Shown: piece after piece, positions 33,434 to 50,831 of the stretch
Layout of the letters: every line of letters begins with the position of its first letter
Position numbering within the stretch: position 1 is the stretch's first letter
Origin: a virus
Length of the DNA stretch: 64,000 bases
IMG/VR virus record: IMGVR_UViG_3300044614_002195
Location: 134,290 to 198,289 of that record
Reading direction: 5' to 3' (one strand)
Position numbers and translations under genes: made by a program
Notes under the pieces: generated by a model
Databases searched by the model: none
What the model saw: the letters and a program-made list of their open reading frames with translations, nothing else
Told to the model about the DNA's origin: nothing

Positions 33434-33856
33434 ATGAACACAGAACAAGCATACATCGAAGGATTCTTAAAAAGAGCTAACGAACACGGGTTTAGCCGTG
33501 ACGAGGCTGTCGAACTATATAAGCAAGCTTTTGCTGAAGAGGACGGACCTTACAGGCAAGAACAAGCAGCTAGAATGATGGCCGCAGAGCAGGTACTAAA
33601 AGCAATTGCTCATAATAAAGAGAAACACAAAGGGCATTATTACTTGAATCCTTTCGTGGGAGGACCATTAACTGAAATGGGTACTCGCTTACAAAGAAGA
33701 TTTCACGCAGGCTCGGCTGGAGAGCAAGGAGGGCTGATGAATTCACTTTTAGGTCTGCCTGGCGTAATTGCAAATACGGTCATGGGCGATAAAGAAACAA
33801 GGGACAAGCACAGAGAGATGTATAAAGCGCACTCAGATAAAAAATCTCCAGAATAA
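33434..33856 (+). CDS. MNxEQAY-leader family protein 3
   Basis: MNTEQAYIEGFLKRANEHGFSRDEAVELYKQA leader. Confidence 0.75.
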   Translation: MNTEQAYIEGFLKRANEHGFSRDEAVELYKQAFAEEDGPYRQEQAARMMAAEQVLKAIAHNKEKHKGHYYLNPFVGGPLTEMGTRLQRRFHAGSAGEQGGLMNSLLGLPGVIANTVMGDKETRDKHREMYKAHSDKKSPE

Positions 33857-33868
33857 ATTAGCTACACC

Positions 33869-35146
33869 ATGCCCTTTAAATCACAAGCTCAACGTAGATG
33901 GATGTATGCTAATCATCCAGAAATGGCTGAAGAATGGAGCGAGCATACACCTAAAGGGGCTAAACTTCCAGAACGCGTAAAGCATAAAAAAGCAGAAAAT
34001 GCTATAGACCCTGCATTAGAGCAGGCTCTAAATAGATATTTAGAGCAAAAAAAGAATATAAATGACCCTTATCATCCTAATTATGGTCGTGTATTAGATC
34101 CTAAAAAGGAAGTACTTAAAAAGAAAATACTGGAAAAAATAAAAAAAGACTCAGATGAGTCGATGAAGTTTGACTCAACTATTCCCGCAAGTATTGGTTC
34201 TTTATATGGCGGAGGGTTAGGTCTAGCGGCAGGTACAATAGCTTCACCTAAAAGTAAACTGACAACTTTAATTTTAGGTTTACTGGGAGCGGCAGGAGGT
34301 GGCTATGCTGGGCATAAAATATCTAAGAATAGAAAAGAACAATATAATAAAATAAACGATAGTGAAAAAGATGAGCAAATAGCCGAATACGTCAATAAAT
34401 CAAAAGATCAGCCTAACCAGTATTTTGATAATAAACGCGCTAGGCTTTTTTCTGGTATTGCAGGAGTGGCTTCGATACCTGCATCTTTGTTGGCGCAGAA
34501 AGTTTTTTCATTAGGTGCAGACAAACTTGATAAACTTGAAGATAGACATTTGGACGAGATTATAGAAAACGCTAAACTAAAAAATAAGTTAGACATAGAA
34601 AAACCTACGCCAGAAAGTAAGGTTGATAACGCTTATTTTAAAGGATATAATGGCAAGCCCGGTAAAGTTGGACTGGTTAAAGCGTTATCTGAAAGAGTAT
34701 ATAAACCAGGAGTTATGGCACATGAAATTGGACATGCTAATATTCATGCATCGCCTGGTATTGTAGGAAAAATACAAAGAAACCTTTACGGACCTACTCA
34801 AAAATTTAATATGCTCGGAGGAGGCATTCTTGCACCTAGACTCGCTTATAAACTCGTAGGAAAAGATGACGATAGTATGCTTTCAGGGGCAGCCAAAGGA
34901 GCATTATTAGGTACAGCAGCTAATGCTGGTGTTTTAATTCCTGAGTTTGAAGCCTCGAGGAGAGGTATTAAATACATGATGAATTCTTCTATGCCACGTA
35001 GAAAAGTATTAGGTAACGCGCTATCAATCTTGCCTGCTTTTCTATCATATGGTACAACTCTTGCGGCTCCCTCCGCAATCACAGGAGCTTTAAAAGCTTA
35101 CATAAATAAAAAAAGAATAGAGCACGACGAAAAAATAAATAAATAA
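33869..35146 (+). CDS. Modular membrane protein with neutral zinc metallopeptidase domain
   Basis: MPFKSQAQRRWMYANHP module; glycine zipper; MAHEIGHA...PEFEASRRG. Confidence 0.7.
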   Translation: MPFKSQAQRRWMYANHPEMAEEWSEHTPKGAKLPERVKHKKAENAIDPALEQALNRYLEQKKNINDPYHPNYGRVLDPKKEVLKKKILEKIKKDSDESMKFDSTIPASIGSLYGGGLGLAAGTIASPKSKLTTLILGLLGAAGGGYAGHKISKNRKEQYNKINDSEKDEQIAEYVNKSKDQPNQYFDNKRARLFSGIAGVASIPASLLAQKVFSLGADKLDKLEDRHLDEIIENAKLKNKLDIEKPTPESKVDNAYFKGYNGKPGKVGLVKALSERVYKPGVMAHEIGHANIHASPGIVGKIQRNLYGPTQKFNMLGGGILAPRLAYKLVGKDDDSMLSGAAKGALLGTAANAGVLIPEFEASRRGIKYMMNSSMPRRKVLGNALSILPAFLSYGTTLAAPSAITGALKAYINKKRIEHDEKINK

Positions 35147-35148
35147 AT

Positions 35149-35403
35149 ATGAATACAACACAAGCATACATCAATGGGTTCGTTAAAAGAGCAATGGAAC
35201 ATGGCTACTCTCAAAAAGAGGCTGTGGATATTCTCAATAAACTAGCTGCACCTGTAGCGTTTAAGAAACCTGCTCCTGTTGCTCCTGGAAAACCTGCACC
35301 AATAAAGCCTGGTCAGGGAGATCTTAACGACGCTGCAGCATCCAAAGGCAAATATACTCCTCCCCCATTAAAGCCAGTGAAAGGTCAAGAAGCATACTAT
35401 TAA
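35149..35403 (+). CDS. MNxEQAY-leader family protein 4
   Basis: MNTTQAYINGFVKRAMEHGYSQKEAVDILNKLA leader; Pro/Lys-rich body. Confidence 0.75.
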   Translation: MNTTQAYINGFVKRAMEHGYSQKEAVDILNKLAAPVAFKKPAPVAPGKPAPIKPGQGDLNDAAASKGKYTPPPLKPVKGQEAYY

Positions 35404-35404
35404 T

Positions 35405-36037
35405 ATGCTTAACGCTGAACAGCAAAATCTGTTAAAGCAAATAATCTTTGGGAATAGCTATATTCCTACGCCAGCTCCTGGAGAGGGAGCTTATGACGCA
35501 TTCTTAGAAAAGAATAGAAATATAACAAAAAGAAATCTACAGGCAGATGCATTTAGAAATAACCCTGTCTTTCAGCGCATGGGTGTATCTAATAGCCCTA
35601 TACTTAAAAATCTGAGCTACGCTGTGCATCCTAACAGTAAAATAAACAAAGCACTGTCATATGCTTCAGGCGGAAATACTATGAAAGCTGTGGGAGATCT
35701 ATATGATGGTATGAGAGGTAGCGCAATGGGTAACTTTGGCAGAATCGGTGACATAACCGAAGAGGGAGCTAAAAGTATAATGTCAGGTATAGGTAAGCAT
35801 TTCTATAAACATGCAAAAGAAAAGCTCGTGGGAGGAGAAGGTGACAACAAACCTGACAGCAAATATCCTAAAAAAGAATTGGCTAAAGGGCTAGCTCACG
35901 AACAGGAGCATACCAAAAGTAAAAGCATAGCCAAAGAGATAGCAAAAGATCATCTTGAAGAAGATTCTAATTACTATTCTACTCTAGATAAATATAAAAT
36001 AGGTTGTCTTCGCTCTGCTTTTGAATTTTTAAAATAG
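35405..36037 (+). CDS. Modular protein with DUF5661-like C-terminal domain
   Basis: ELAKGLAHEQEHT...AKEIAKDHLEEDSNYY. Confidence 0.7.
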   Translation: MLNAEQQNLLKQIIFGNSYIPTPAPGEGAYDAFLEKNRNITKRNLQADAFRNNPVFQRMGVSNSPILKNLSYAVHPNSKINKALSYASGGNTMKAVGDLYDGMRGSAMGNFGRIGDITEEGAKSIMSGIGKHFYKHAKEKLVGGEGDNKPDSKYPKKELAKGLAHEQEHTKSKSIAKEIAKDHLEEDSNYYSTLDKYKIGCLRSAFEFLK

Positions 36038-36079
36038 AAATTGTAAATTTCTCTTGTTTGCCGTAATATAAACTTAATT

Positions 36080-38248
36080 ATGGACGAACAAAAGAAACAA
36101 ATTCCCCAGCTTGACGGCGCAACTGGGCTAAGTGCTGCCGATTTGTTTATTGTCAGTCAAAACGAGGGCGTTGATCTAGATTATACACGCACCGTTAATT
36201 ACGGATTTTTAAAGCAAAGTATAATTGCAGGAGTACAAGGGTCGACTGGTTCGATTGGTGCAACTGGTGATCCTGGTCCTAGTGGGGCTACGGGACCTAG
36301 AGGATTCACTGGACCTAGCGGAGCTACTGGTCCTAGCGGTATTGCTGATAGATATCAGACAACTTCATTAACTTTATTAACTTTAGGCTTAGGAACTAAA
36401 ATTCTAACTGTTGAAGCCGAGTTAAATTACACTCCAAACCAGTATATAACAATAAGCCAGTCTAGTGATCCTACAAATCACATGCATGGCACTGTTATTA
36501 GCTATAATAGAACTTCAGGAGAACTACAGGCTGAGGTTTTTAGATTTAGTGGATCAGGAGTTTCAGCTGCTTCGTGGATTGTAAATCTAGCCGGAGCTGT
36601 AGGTGCCATTGGAGCAACCGGACTCAAAGGAAGCACAGGGGAAACGGGTGCAACTGGATTAGAAGGACCTCAAGGGGCACCAGGAAGTTTAGGAGCTACT
36701 GGGTTAACAGGAGATAGAGGTAGTACTGGTTTAACAGGAGCAACTGGATTAACTGGGGCTACTGGACAGGATGGCGCTACTGGATCTCAGGGACCTACAG
36801 GCCTACAAGGAAGCACAGGCGAGACTGGATTAACAGGGGCTACTGGTCCTCAAGGAGACTCAGGTGCTACAGGAGAAGGATCCACTGGAGCAACTGGATT
36901 AACCGGAGCTACCGGATTATCTGGGGATAGATATCAAACCACATCCTCAACGCCATTAACCGTCGGGGACGGTACAGAAGGAAAACAAACCTTAACAATA
37001 GAAACAGGCTTAAGCTATACACCTAATCAGAGTGTGACGATTTCTTTGGTAAGTAATGCGAATGCTCACATGCATGGTAATGTATTCAGCTATGATGCTG
37101 GTACGGGCGTGTTAGTTGTATCTATTACTTCACATAGCAGCACAGGAACAACAGGAAGTTCTTGGACAGTTAATTTAGCTGGAGCTGTAGGTGTGGTCGG
37201 AGCTACTGGCTTAACAGGAGCAACTGGACCTGCTGGCGGCGGGGCCAGCTTAGAGGTTGCTCCTAATTCAGGTATAGCTATAGTCAGTAATCAAATATCT
37301 ACCATTTATAATACAGCAATTGCGGATCTGGTTGCTAGTGTTGCTGTAGGTGGAGCATCTACGGCTCAGGCTAGTGCATGGAAGCAGAAATCTTTAGTTC
37401 AAGCATTAGACGCTATTCTGTTTCCAGACCAGCCGCCTACTTACACAATACCAACTATTCAACTCACAGCCAGCCCTAGTTTTGCAGGTAATCAAGAAGT
37501 AGGATTTGTGATCAATCAAACTTTAACCCTTGTGGCTACAGAAAATGACGCTGGTGCATTTACACAGCTATCAATTAATAAAAATAGCGTAGCACTATAT
37601 ACTAACAGCAGTCCTACAGCTGTAGAGACCACTGCAGTAAGTCCTCAGTTTGGATACGCTAATCCTAACCAGCCTAACAATAATTACACAATCACTTACA
37701 CTAATAATAACTTCACAGTACCTGAAGGATTAACCAGATGGAACGGATCTGGAAACTATGGAGCCGGACTTAAAAAGTTAAATAATAAAGGTGCTGAAGA
37801 TTCTAGAAATTTTAGTTTAAGGAGTTCAGCTGCACCGCAGTCTGCTGGAACAAACTTTACATCAGGAAATATTGATGTGACTGGCATATATCCATATTTT
37901 TGGGGAAAGAGCAGTACAGCAATATCTCCTGCAAATGTGGCAGCATTGATAGCTGCAGGTACACAAAACAAAGTTTTAGCTAGCGCAGCTGGAGATATAT
38001 CCATAGCTTACGGAGCTTCTGACGAGTATATCTGGCTAGCTGTACATGAGTCATATGCTTTAAAGCAACGTTGGGCTAATTCGATAGTAGACATCAACAA
38101 CGGACCTATCGGACCAGGTCAATTTATTCTTGCACCAGTCGAGTATGCTGTAACCTCTCCTAGCGGGCTATGGTCTAGCATACCTTTTAATATTTATATT
38201 AGCTTGGAAGCTTCTTCAACTGCAGGCTCGATTATTTTTAAAGTTTAA
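36080..38248 (+). CDS. Collagen-like fibre protein 1
   Basis: G-x-T-G repeats, two DRYQT modules, beta-rich C-terminus. Confidence 0.8.
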   Translation: MDEQKKQIPQLDGATGLSAADLFIVSQNEGVDLDYTRTVNYGFLKQSIIAGVQGSTGSIGATGDPGPSGATGPRGFTGPSGATGPSGIADRYQTTSLTLLTLGLGTKILTVEAELNYTPNQYITISQSSDPTNHMHGTVISYNRTSGELQAEVFRFSGSGVSAASWIVNLAGAVGAIGATGLKGSTGETGATGLEGPQGAPGSLGATGLTGDRGSTGLTGATGLTGATGQDGATGSQGPTGLQGSTGETGLTGATGPQGDSGATGEGSTGATGLTGATGLSGDRYQTTSSTPLTVGDGTEGKQTLTIETGLSYTPNQSVTISLVSNANAHMHGNVFSYDAGTGVLVVSITSHSSTGTTGSSWTVNLAGAVGVVGATGLTGATGPAGGGASLEVAPNSGIAIVSNQISTIYNTAIADLVASVAVGGASTAQASAWKQKSLVQALDAILFPDQPPTYTIPTIQLTASPSFAGNQEVGFVINQTLTLVATENDAGAFTQLSINKNSVALYTNSSPTAVETTAVSPQFGYANPNQPNNNYTITYTNNNFTVPEGLTRWNGSGNYGAGLKKLNNKGAEDSRNFSLRSSAAPQSAGTNFTSGNIDVTGIYPYFWGKSSTAISPANVAALIAAGTQNKVLASAAGDISIAYGASDEYIWLAVHESYALKQRWANSIVDINNGPIGPGQFILAPVEYAVTSPSGLWSSIPFNIYISLEASSTAGSIIFKV

Positions 38249-38275
38249 TCTATAATAACAAAACAACAACACTAA

Positions 38276-40795
<2,520 letters not shown>

Positions 40796-40833
40796 TATTT
40801 ACTAAACTACAGTTAGTATGATTAGAGAATATT

Positions 40834-42894
40834 ATGGCAATATTATTAAATGATAACCTTAAGATAGCTGCAGCCAAACCAATAGATAATAGGTATGGCC
40901 CTTATATCGATGTGGCTGCAGCTAAAACCGCTATTCCGGTAGCTCAGAGGCATCCAGGTCTGGTTGTAGGTATCAGAGATGGTGGTGACGTTGTAGAGCA
41001 TTGGTTTAAAGCTGGAGTAACAAACAATGATCTTGTACCTAAATCGGGAGGATCTAGTGATTGGCAGATAGTATCGTCTAATTCTACAGTAGCTGATAAC
41101 AGCTGGATTCTTGCCGACTCTTCTAGTGATGGATTTACTCTTACATTATCAGCTAATCCTACAGTAGGAGCATACGTTTGGATTCAGGATGCTAAAGGAT
41201 CATGGGAGACAAATAATGTTATTGTTGATCCTAATGGTAATACTATTGTTGGTTTAAATGACTCATTAAATTTAAACATATCTAATGCTATTGTTCTTTT
41301 TACATATGTAGACGAAAGCATTGGTTGGGATGTTAAAAATGTTGCTGGCGATTTCTCTGACTATCTTACAGGAATAATCGGGGCCACAGGCGCAACTGGG
41401 GCAGGTATCTCACCGTTGACCACTGCCGCATTAGGTTCTTTTGGAAGTAGCTCACAAATTCCAAGCCTTACTATTGATGAATATGGAAGAGTTGTGAGCG
41501 CTAGCAATAATAGTATTACTCCTCAAGGTATTGGAGCACTCAGTACTGCAGATATTATAGGTTTAACAAATGGAGGTACAGGAAGCACTAGTGCGGTAGC
41601 TGCACTTACTGCTTTGGGTGCTCAGGCAGCTTTAACTAGTGCTGCACCATTAGCTATATCACAAGGTGGAACAGGAGTTATAACTATAGATGAAGCTAGA
41701 GTTAGTTTTAACTCACCTATATCTGCAACCATACGACACAATTCAAATTTAACATTGGCCACTGTAGGAACAGGCACGTTTTCTTACACAAACGGTTCTA
41801 CTACAGTCAATTATTCTGCGTTAAGTAGTGGAGTACAACTTGTACCAGGGATGTGTTTACAGGTAGGTGCGTTGCAAACATTCGTAATTAGATCAATTGA
41901 TACAGGTACAGGAGCGTCGGGCAGTACTGGAACATTAACAATGAGTGGTAGCCCATCCGCAGGAGGAACATCTACTACAAATATTTTTAATTGTTCAACT
42001 ACACAGTTAATTTCATCGAGTGTTATTTCGATGGATACTCGGACATTGCAGATTAATGATATCATATTACTCACAGGACAAACTGCATCAGCCTTAAATG
42101 GACCTTGGAAAGTTAACTCTATTGGTGCAAGTTTTACTGGTACAATTTCTGGCACAACACTCACAGTTTCTGCGGTTAGCGGTGCACTGGAAATAGGTCA
42201 ATATATTGCAGGAACCGGAGTAACTGCCGGAACATATATTACCGGAGGAAGCGGATCCAGTTGGACTGTAAACGTGTCGCAGTCTGTAGGTCCAATTGCC
42301 ATGACTACTGGATTTGTAATGAATAGACCTTCGTGGTTTTCAGGTACACTCACAGGAGCAATGTATTTTGATATTCAGTTAGGTGCTGCAAATTCAGGAT
42401 TTACTGTCAGCTTGATGCCATCATTAGTTAATTCAACCGCAACAATAGGTTTTGATTCTCTTGTAGCATATAATGTTAGTGTACGAGCAAATAATGCTCA
42501 AATTGGCTCAAATACATTTACAGCTGCGCAAACTTTTGTAGCCGGAACTACTGGGGTAGCACCGTATTCATTTCAAGGAGGTATATTGCTAAACACTGCA
42601 ACAGCTCATCGCGTTGAATGGGATAGCAATTTGATGTATCTTACTCCCTCTGCTGCTGCAGGTAATATTAAAAGAACTATTAATGCTGGTTATATAACCG
42701 CATCAACTAGTGCAGATATTCTTACTCTAGGAGCAGCTCAATCTACAGTACAATTCGGTGCATTAACATCTACTTCTCCTGGATTACTAGGTCAAACAAT
42801 TCTAGACACCTCAAACGATGCTTTGTATATTTGTACAGGTACAGGTGTAGCAGGTGCAGCTAAATGGAGGAAAGTTTCTTTATCTACTTTCTAA
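40834..42894 (+). CDS. Tail fibre / receptor-binding-like protein
   Basis: N-terminus paralogous to 38288; S/T/G-rich beta structure. Confidence 0.7.
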   Translation: MAILLNDNLKIAAAKPIDNRYGPYIDVAAAKTAIPVAQRHPGLVVGIRDGGDVVEHWFKAGVTNNDLVPKSGGSSDWQIVSSNSTVADNSWILADSSSDGFTLTLSANPTVGAYVWIQDAKGSWETNNVIVDPNGNTIVGLNDSLNLNISNAIVLFTYVDESIGWDVKNVAGDFSDYLTGIIGATGATGAGISPLTTAALGSFGSSSQIPSLTIDEYGRVVSASNNSITPQGIGALSTADIIGLTNGGTGSTSAVAALTALGAQAALTSAAPLAISQGGTGVITIDEARVSFNSPISATIRHNSNLTLATVGTGTFSYTNGSTTVNYSALSSGVQLVPGMCLQVGALQTFVIRSIDTGTGASGSTGTLTMSGSPSAGGTSTTNIFNCSTTQLISSSVISMDTRTLQINDIILLTGQTASALNGPWKVNSIGASFTGTISGTTLTVSAVSGALEIGQYIAGTGVTAGTYITGGSGSSWTVNVSQSVGPIAMTTGFVMNRPSWFSGTLTGAMYFDIQLGAANSGFTVSLMPSLVNSTATIGFDSLVAYNVSVRANNAQIGSNTFTAAQTFVAGTTGVAPYSFQGGILLNTATAHRVEWDSNLMYLTPSAAAGNIKRTINAGYITASTSADILTLGAAQSTVQFGALTSTSPGLLGQTILDTSNDALYICTGTGVAGAAKWRKVSLSTF

Positions 42895-42916
42895 TATAGT
42901 TTAATATTACAGCCAT

Positions 42917-44691
42917 ATGATTTCCCTACAAACACTCAGACCCAGATTTCAAGGACCAGACGGAGCAACAGGCTCTATAGGAGCCACGGGCTCTACTGGA
43001 GAAATAGGGGCAACTGGTTTAATGGGTGCGACTGGTTTGGGAGCTACAGGCTTAACCGGCAGTACGGGTGAGATTGGTCCAACTGGTCTTCAAGGATCTA
43101 CCGGATTAACTGGAGCTACTGGATCAGGTGCTACTGGAGCTACCGGACCAGCAGGGATTTCTGACAGATATCAGACTTCATCTAATTCTAGTCTCGATGT
43201 AGACAACGGCACAAAAAATCTTACTGTCGAAACAGGATTAAACTACACACCTAACCAGAGTGTAATTATTTCTTATACTACAGATCCTACTACTCACATG
43301 GAGGGTACTGTAACCAATTATACTTCTGGCTCAGGAGCATTAGTTGTTAATGTTACAAGTCATAACGGATCTGGAACTGGGCTTTCTGGTTGGACAGTTA
43401 ACCTTGCTGGTGCAGTAGGTAGTGTTGGTGCCACAGGATTAACAGGAGCTACCGGCCCTGCGGGAGCTGCTGGTGAAAGTAATTTTGTTTTTGAAAGTAC
43501 CGGGTCCACAAGAACACTTACAGGCTATATTGAAAATGGCGTTACTTCTACGGTTAGAACAGCAGCTATAACTAACGGTAATTTAATATTAACATTAGCT
43601 GCATTTACTCCTACAGTCGGAGCAGCTTCAAACGGAACATTAAATTGGGATGTGGCTGCTTCTTCCTTTACTGTTAGCGCAGATAATCCTTCAGACGTAC
43701 TTGATCAATATATTAGTAGTGTTCTTTCATTGACTCAATTAACTGGCAGCGTATCTACAAATTTAAGTGCATATACTGCGGGCAGCTATAGTGCAAGTCC
43801 TGCAGGAGGAGTAGACTGGTCTAGAACGTTTACAACTAATAATTCTACTTCGTATATTAGATCTACCTCAAATACTTCAGCTGGAGGAAGCGCAAGCGGA
43901 AGAGTTACATTTAATTACTGGAACGGCACCAGTACAGACACATGGACTAGTACAGCTGACTTTAGTGTAAGCTGGAATGCAGTAAATCATTCTATCAGCC
44001 TTGCTGCACTTACAGGTAAAACATTTTTACAAACATACGCTAGCTCTGCGTACACTGTAGCTACAACAGGATTAACGGACACAGCTAACAGGGCTTTTAC
44101 TATAACTGGAACTAATGGAAGCCCTAGCAATCTTTCTGGCTCTGGAACATTAACTTTTTCTACAGCAATTAATAAAACTAACGCTAGTTCTACAACGACT
44201 CGCGTAACGCTCACCACGCTATGCACTAGACCAGCTGAAGTTACAGGTACTTCATATCAGGTCACGTTGGGTCCAACAAATAGCGCAAACATCAACACTG
44301 CGGCTTCGTTTACGTATCCTTCATTCTGGATGTGGACTTCTGGCACAGGTACAGTTCCAACAAGAGCTGATGTTGTGAATGATAGTGGCTCTGGAGGCTT
44401 TGAATCTACCGTCACCCAATTGGCAGATCAGGTTAAAGTTCTAAGTACACAAGCTATCAATAATACAGATAGTAATCCTAGAGCGTTCTGGTTTGCTGTA
44501 AGAGCATCAGCAAGTCAGCCAACATCATTTAAAACAGGAGCAAGCGCAGGATTACTCAGTGATGTAAGCGTTGTTGATGGTGGCACTGTTGCTCTACAGC
44601 CTGATACTCCTCCTGCTGGATATTCTGCAGAGAACTATAGATTTTGGGGTATTACCCTACAACCTGGAACCACTTACGTGAGCATATCATA

Positions 44692-44692
<1 letters not shown>
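42917..44692 (+). CDS. Collagen-like fibre protein 3
   Basis: GATG tract, DRYQT module, S/T-rich Ig-like C-terminus. Confidence 0.78.
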
Positions 44693-48588
<3,896 letters not shown>

Positions 48589-48589
48589 T

Positions 48590-49621
48590 ATGCCTACTAT
48601 AGCTAACATAGGTGCAGGAACAATTAGATCTTTGTCTCCTGGGAGTATCATTCCAGCTGGAAATAAAAGCTGGACTGGTGTTGAGATTTTAACAAATAAT
48701 AGTGCAAACGTGTTAAATGCAAATACAGTATTTACCCCGTCAAATAAATCTTCCTTACACAATACAGTTGTATACAGAAATATAGCACTTACTCAAAAGC
48801 TAAATAATACCTGTTTTAAAATAGGTTCTAACTATTTTTATGCAGATAATAATGGCTGGACAGTAGGTATACATAACTTTAACGGTCCTGGAGATACGTA
48901 TATCACAGGACCGCAATCTATATTAGATTTTAGGTACGAAAATTGCACTATTGAGATGTTTTTGTATGCCCGCACTTTACCTACCTGGGCATACGCTGCA
49001 TATGAATCTGTGTTTGAACCTAAGCATTGCCAAAGAATTACAGGGTTTTTTAGCAGCTCTAACGGCATTTATAATAATAAAAAACTTTGCTTTGCTGTAG
49101 ATTATAGACAAGGAAGTCAGTACAGTAAAATAAACCCTGGGTTTGAAGTCGTGGGTATGTGTAATCAGGTTATACATCACGATTATGATACTGAACGCCC
49201 TGTAATGAATGAGGGGTTTACTAAAGAACAATGGCACCATATAGCTATGACCAGACACAACGGGTCAATACGATTATATTTCAATGGGCAACTCCAGGAT
49301 ATTAGAGCAATGAATCCTAATAATTGCGATTGGAAGGCTAGCGATTTAGTTAATCCTTTAGCTATTGGCTGCAGAGCTGAGAAGTGTTTTAGTGATACTT
49401 ATTTTTCTGGAATGTGGAACGGTTTTATTTCCGATGTGCGGGTAATCAAGTCTCAAGCATTATATACCGGAACAACATACAACGTACCTGTTAGACCTCT
49501 CACAAGTACAGGGCATAGAAACGGTAATCAAAATATTACGGGAGAAATACGCTTGTTGGCTTGTCAGGATGGACTATCAACACTAGGCCCCAGCCTTCAG
49601 AGAAACTTAATAGGACAGTAA
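48590..49621 (+). CDS. LamG/concanavalin A-like domain protein
   Basis: CTIEMFLY, QWHHIAMTRHNGSIRLYFNG, GFISDVRVIK. Confidence 0.8.
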   Translation: MPTIANIGAGTIRSLSPGSIIPAGNKSWTGVEILTNNSANVLNANTVFTPSNKSSLHNTVVYRNIALTQKLNNTCFKIGSNYFYADNNGWTVGIHNFNGPGDTYITGPQSILDFRYENCTIEMFLYARTLPTWAYAAYESVFEPKHCQRITGFFSSSNGIYNNKKLCFAVDYRQGSQYSKINPGFEVVGMCNQVIHHDYDTERPVMNEGFTKEQWHHIAMTRHNGSIRLYFNGQLQDIRAMNPNNCDWKASDLVNPLAIGCRAEKCFSDTYFSGMWNGFISDVRVIKSQALYTGTTYNVPVRPLTSTGHRNGNQNITGEIRLLACQDGLSTLGPSLQRNLIGQ

Positions 49622-49622
49622 T

Positions 49623-50177
49623 ATGAAACAATTATCTTTATTACAGCCTAATTTGATTGGTCCAAGAGGTAGAGATATATCTTTACAGAAAAGTCTCACG
49701 CACATCCAATATCAATATGTAGGTAACAACTCTTGGACAAATTTGGTAGATCTCAACGCTTTGGCTCCTGAGGCAATTAGAAAAACAGGAGGAGTATTTT
49801 CTGGAAATATTCAATTCAAGGGTTCTTTAGCTCAAACCTTCTATCCTTCGTCAGCAGACAACATAGTACCTATTAATCTTTCGTTTGGTTCTTACTTTTG
49901 GCTAACGCTTACTGAAAATGTTACAAGTTTTGAGATTATCAACGCTCCTCCAAATGTAGTGACATTTACTCTTGTTATTGAACAAAACACACAGAGTGTT
50001 TATAGCGTAGATTTTGATTTTGGAAGCTCGACAATAAAATGGGCTAACAACGATTCACCTGACTCTGTGGTATCTGGGCTTGGGCATATGGACGTATTTT
50101 TATTCAGCTCTAAAGATCAGGGTGCAACATGGTTTGCTCAAATTTTAGGTCAGGATTTTAAGAGTAATTACATTTAA
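49623..50177 (+). CDS. Fibre-associated protein, paralog of 50256
   Basis: INLSFGSYFWLTLTEN...IKW...DVFLFSSKDQGATWF. Confidence 0.7.
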   Translation: MKQLSLLQPNLIGPRGRDISLQKSLTHIQYQYVGNNSWTNLVDLNALAPEAIRKTGGVFSGNIQFKGSLAQTFYPSSADNIVPINLSFGSYFWLTLTENVTSFEIINAPPNVVTFTLVIEQNTQSVYSVDFDFGSSTIKWANNDSPDSVVSGLGHMDVFLFSSKDQGATWFAQILGQDFKSNYI

Positions 50178-50255
50178 AAGTATCTTGGTTTTTAGAGATT
50201 TTAATTTTATAATGTTTTTAACTGAATTAAGCTGCACGGCTTTTAAAATAACATT

Positions 50256-50822
50256 ATGAAATCTCTCGCAACAATAAAACCCAGGTTTAGAGGGCCTGAA
50301 GGCAAAAAGCTACAATTAAACACTAGCGAAACACATTTGCAATGGAGGCTTGAGGGAGACCAGACATGGACGGATCTATCTTCTTTAGATAGTTTGGCTA
50401 CTCTGGCTATGCCTAAAACAGGAGGAGCTTTTACAGGAAATGTGCAAGTTAGAAATATACTTGAAACTTTGGTTACTCCTACAGGAAATATACAAGGTGT
50501 TGTTTCTTTAGATTTATCTCTGGGTAATGTTTTTCAAATAAACCCTACAGGAAATATTGTAAAATTTAACTTGTCTAATATTCCGCAGGCTATTACAGGA
50601 CAAGCTGTTACAAGTTTCACAATAATTTTTCAGCAGGCTTCTACAGGAATATATAACGCTGACTTTGCTTTTAGCTATGCAGGCGCAAATAAAACTGTTC
50701 TTTGGCCTGGAGGATTTGTTCCTGCTGTTTCATCTATTTATAGCGCTGTAGATATTTTTTCTTTTTTGTCCTTCGACGCAGGAGAAACCTGGTTTGGATT
50801 TGTTGGCGGACAAGGTTATTAA
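50256..50822 (+). CDS. Fibre-associated protein, paralog of 49623
   Basis: LDLSLGNVFQI...VLWPGG...DIFSFLSFDAGETWFG. Confidence 0.7.
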   Translation: MKSLATIKPRFRGPEGKKLQLNTSETHLQWRLEGDQTWTDLSSLDSLATLAMPKTGGAFTGNVQVRNILETLVTPTGNIQGVVSLDLSLGNVFQINPTGNIVKFNLSNIPQAITGQAVTSFTIIFQQASTGIYNADFAFSYAGANKTVLWPGGFVPAVSSIYSAVDIFSFLSFDAGETWFGFVGGQGY

Positions 50823-50831
50823 TTTGATACC

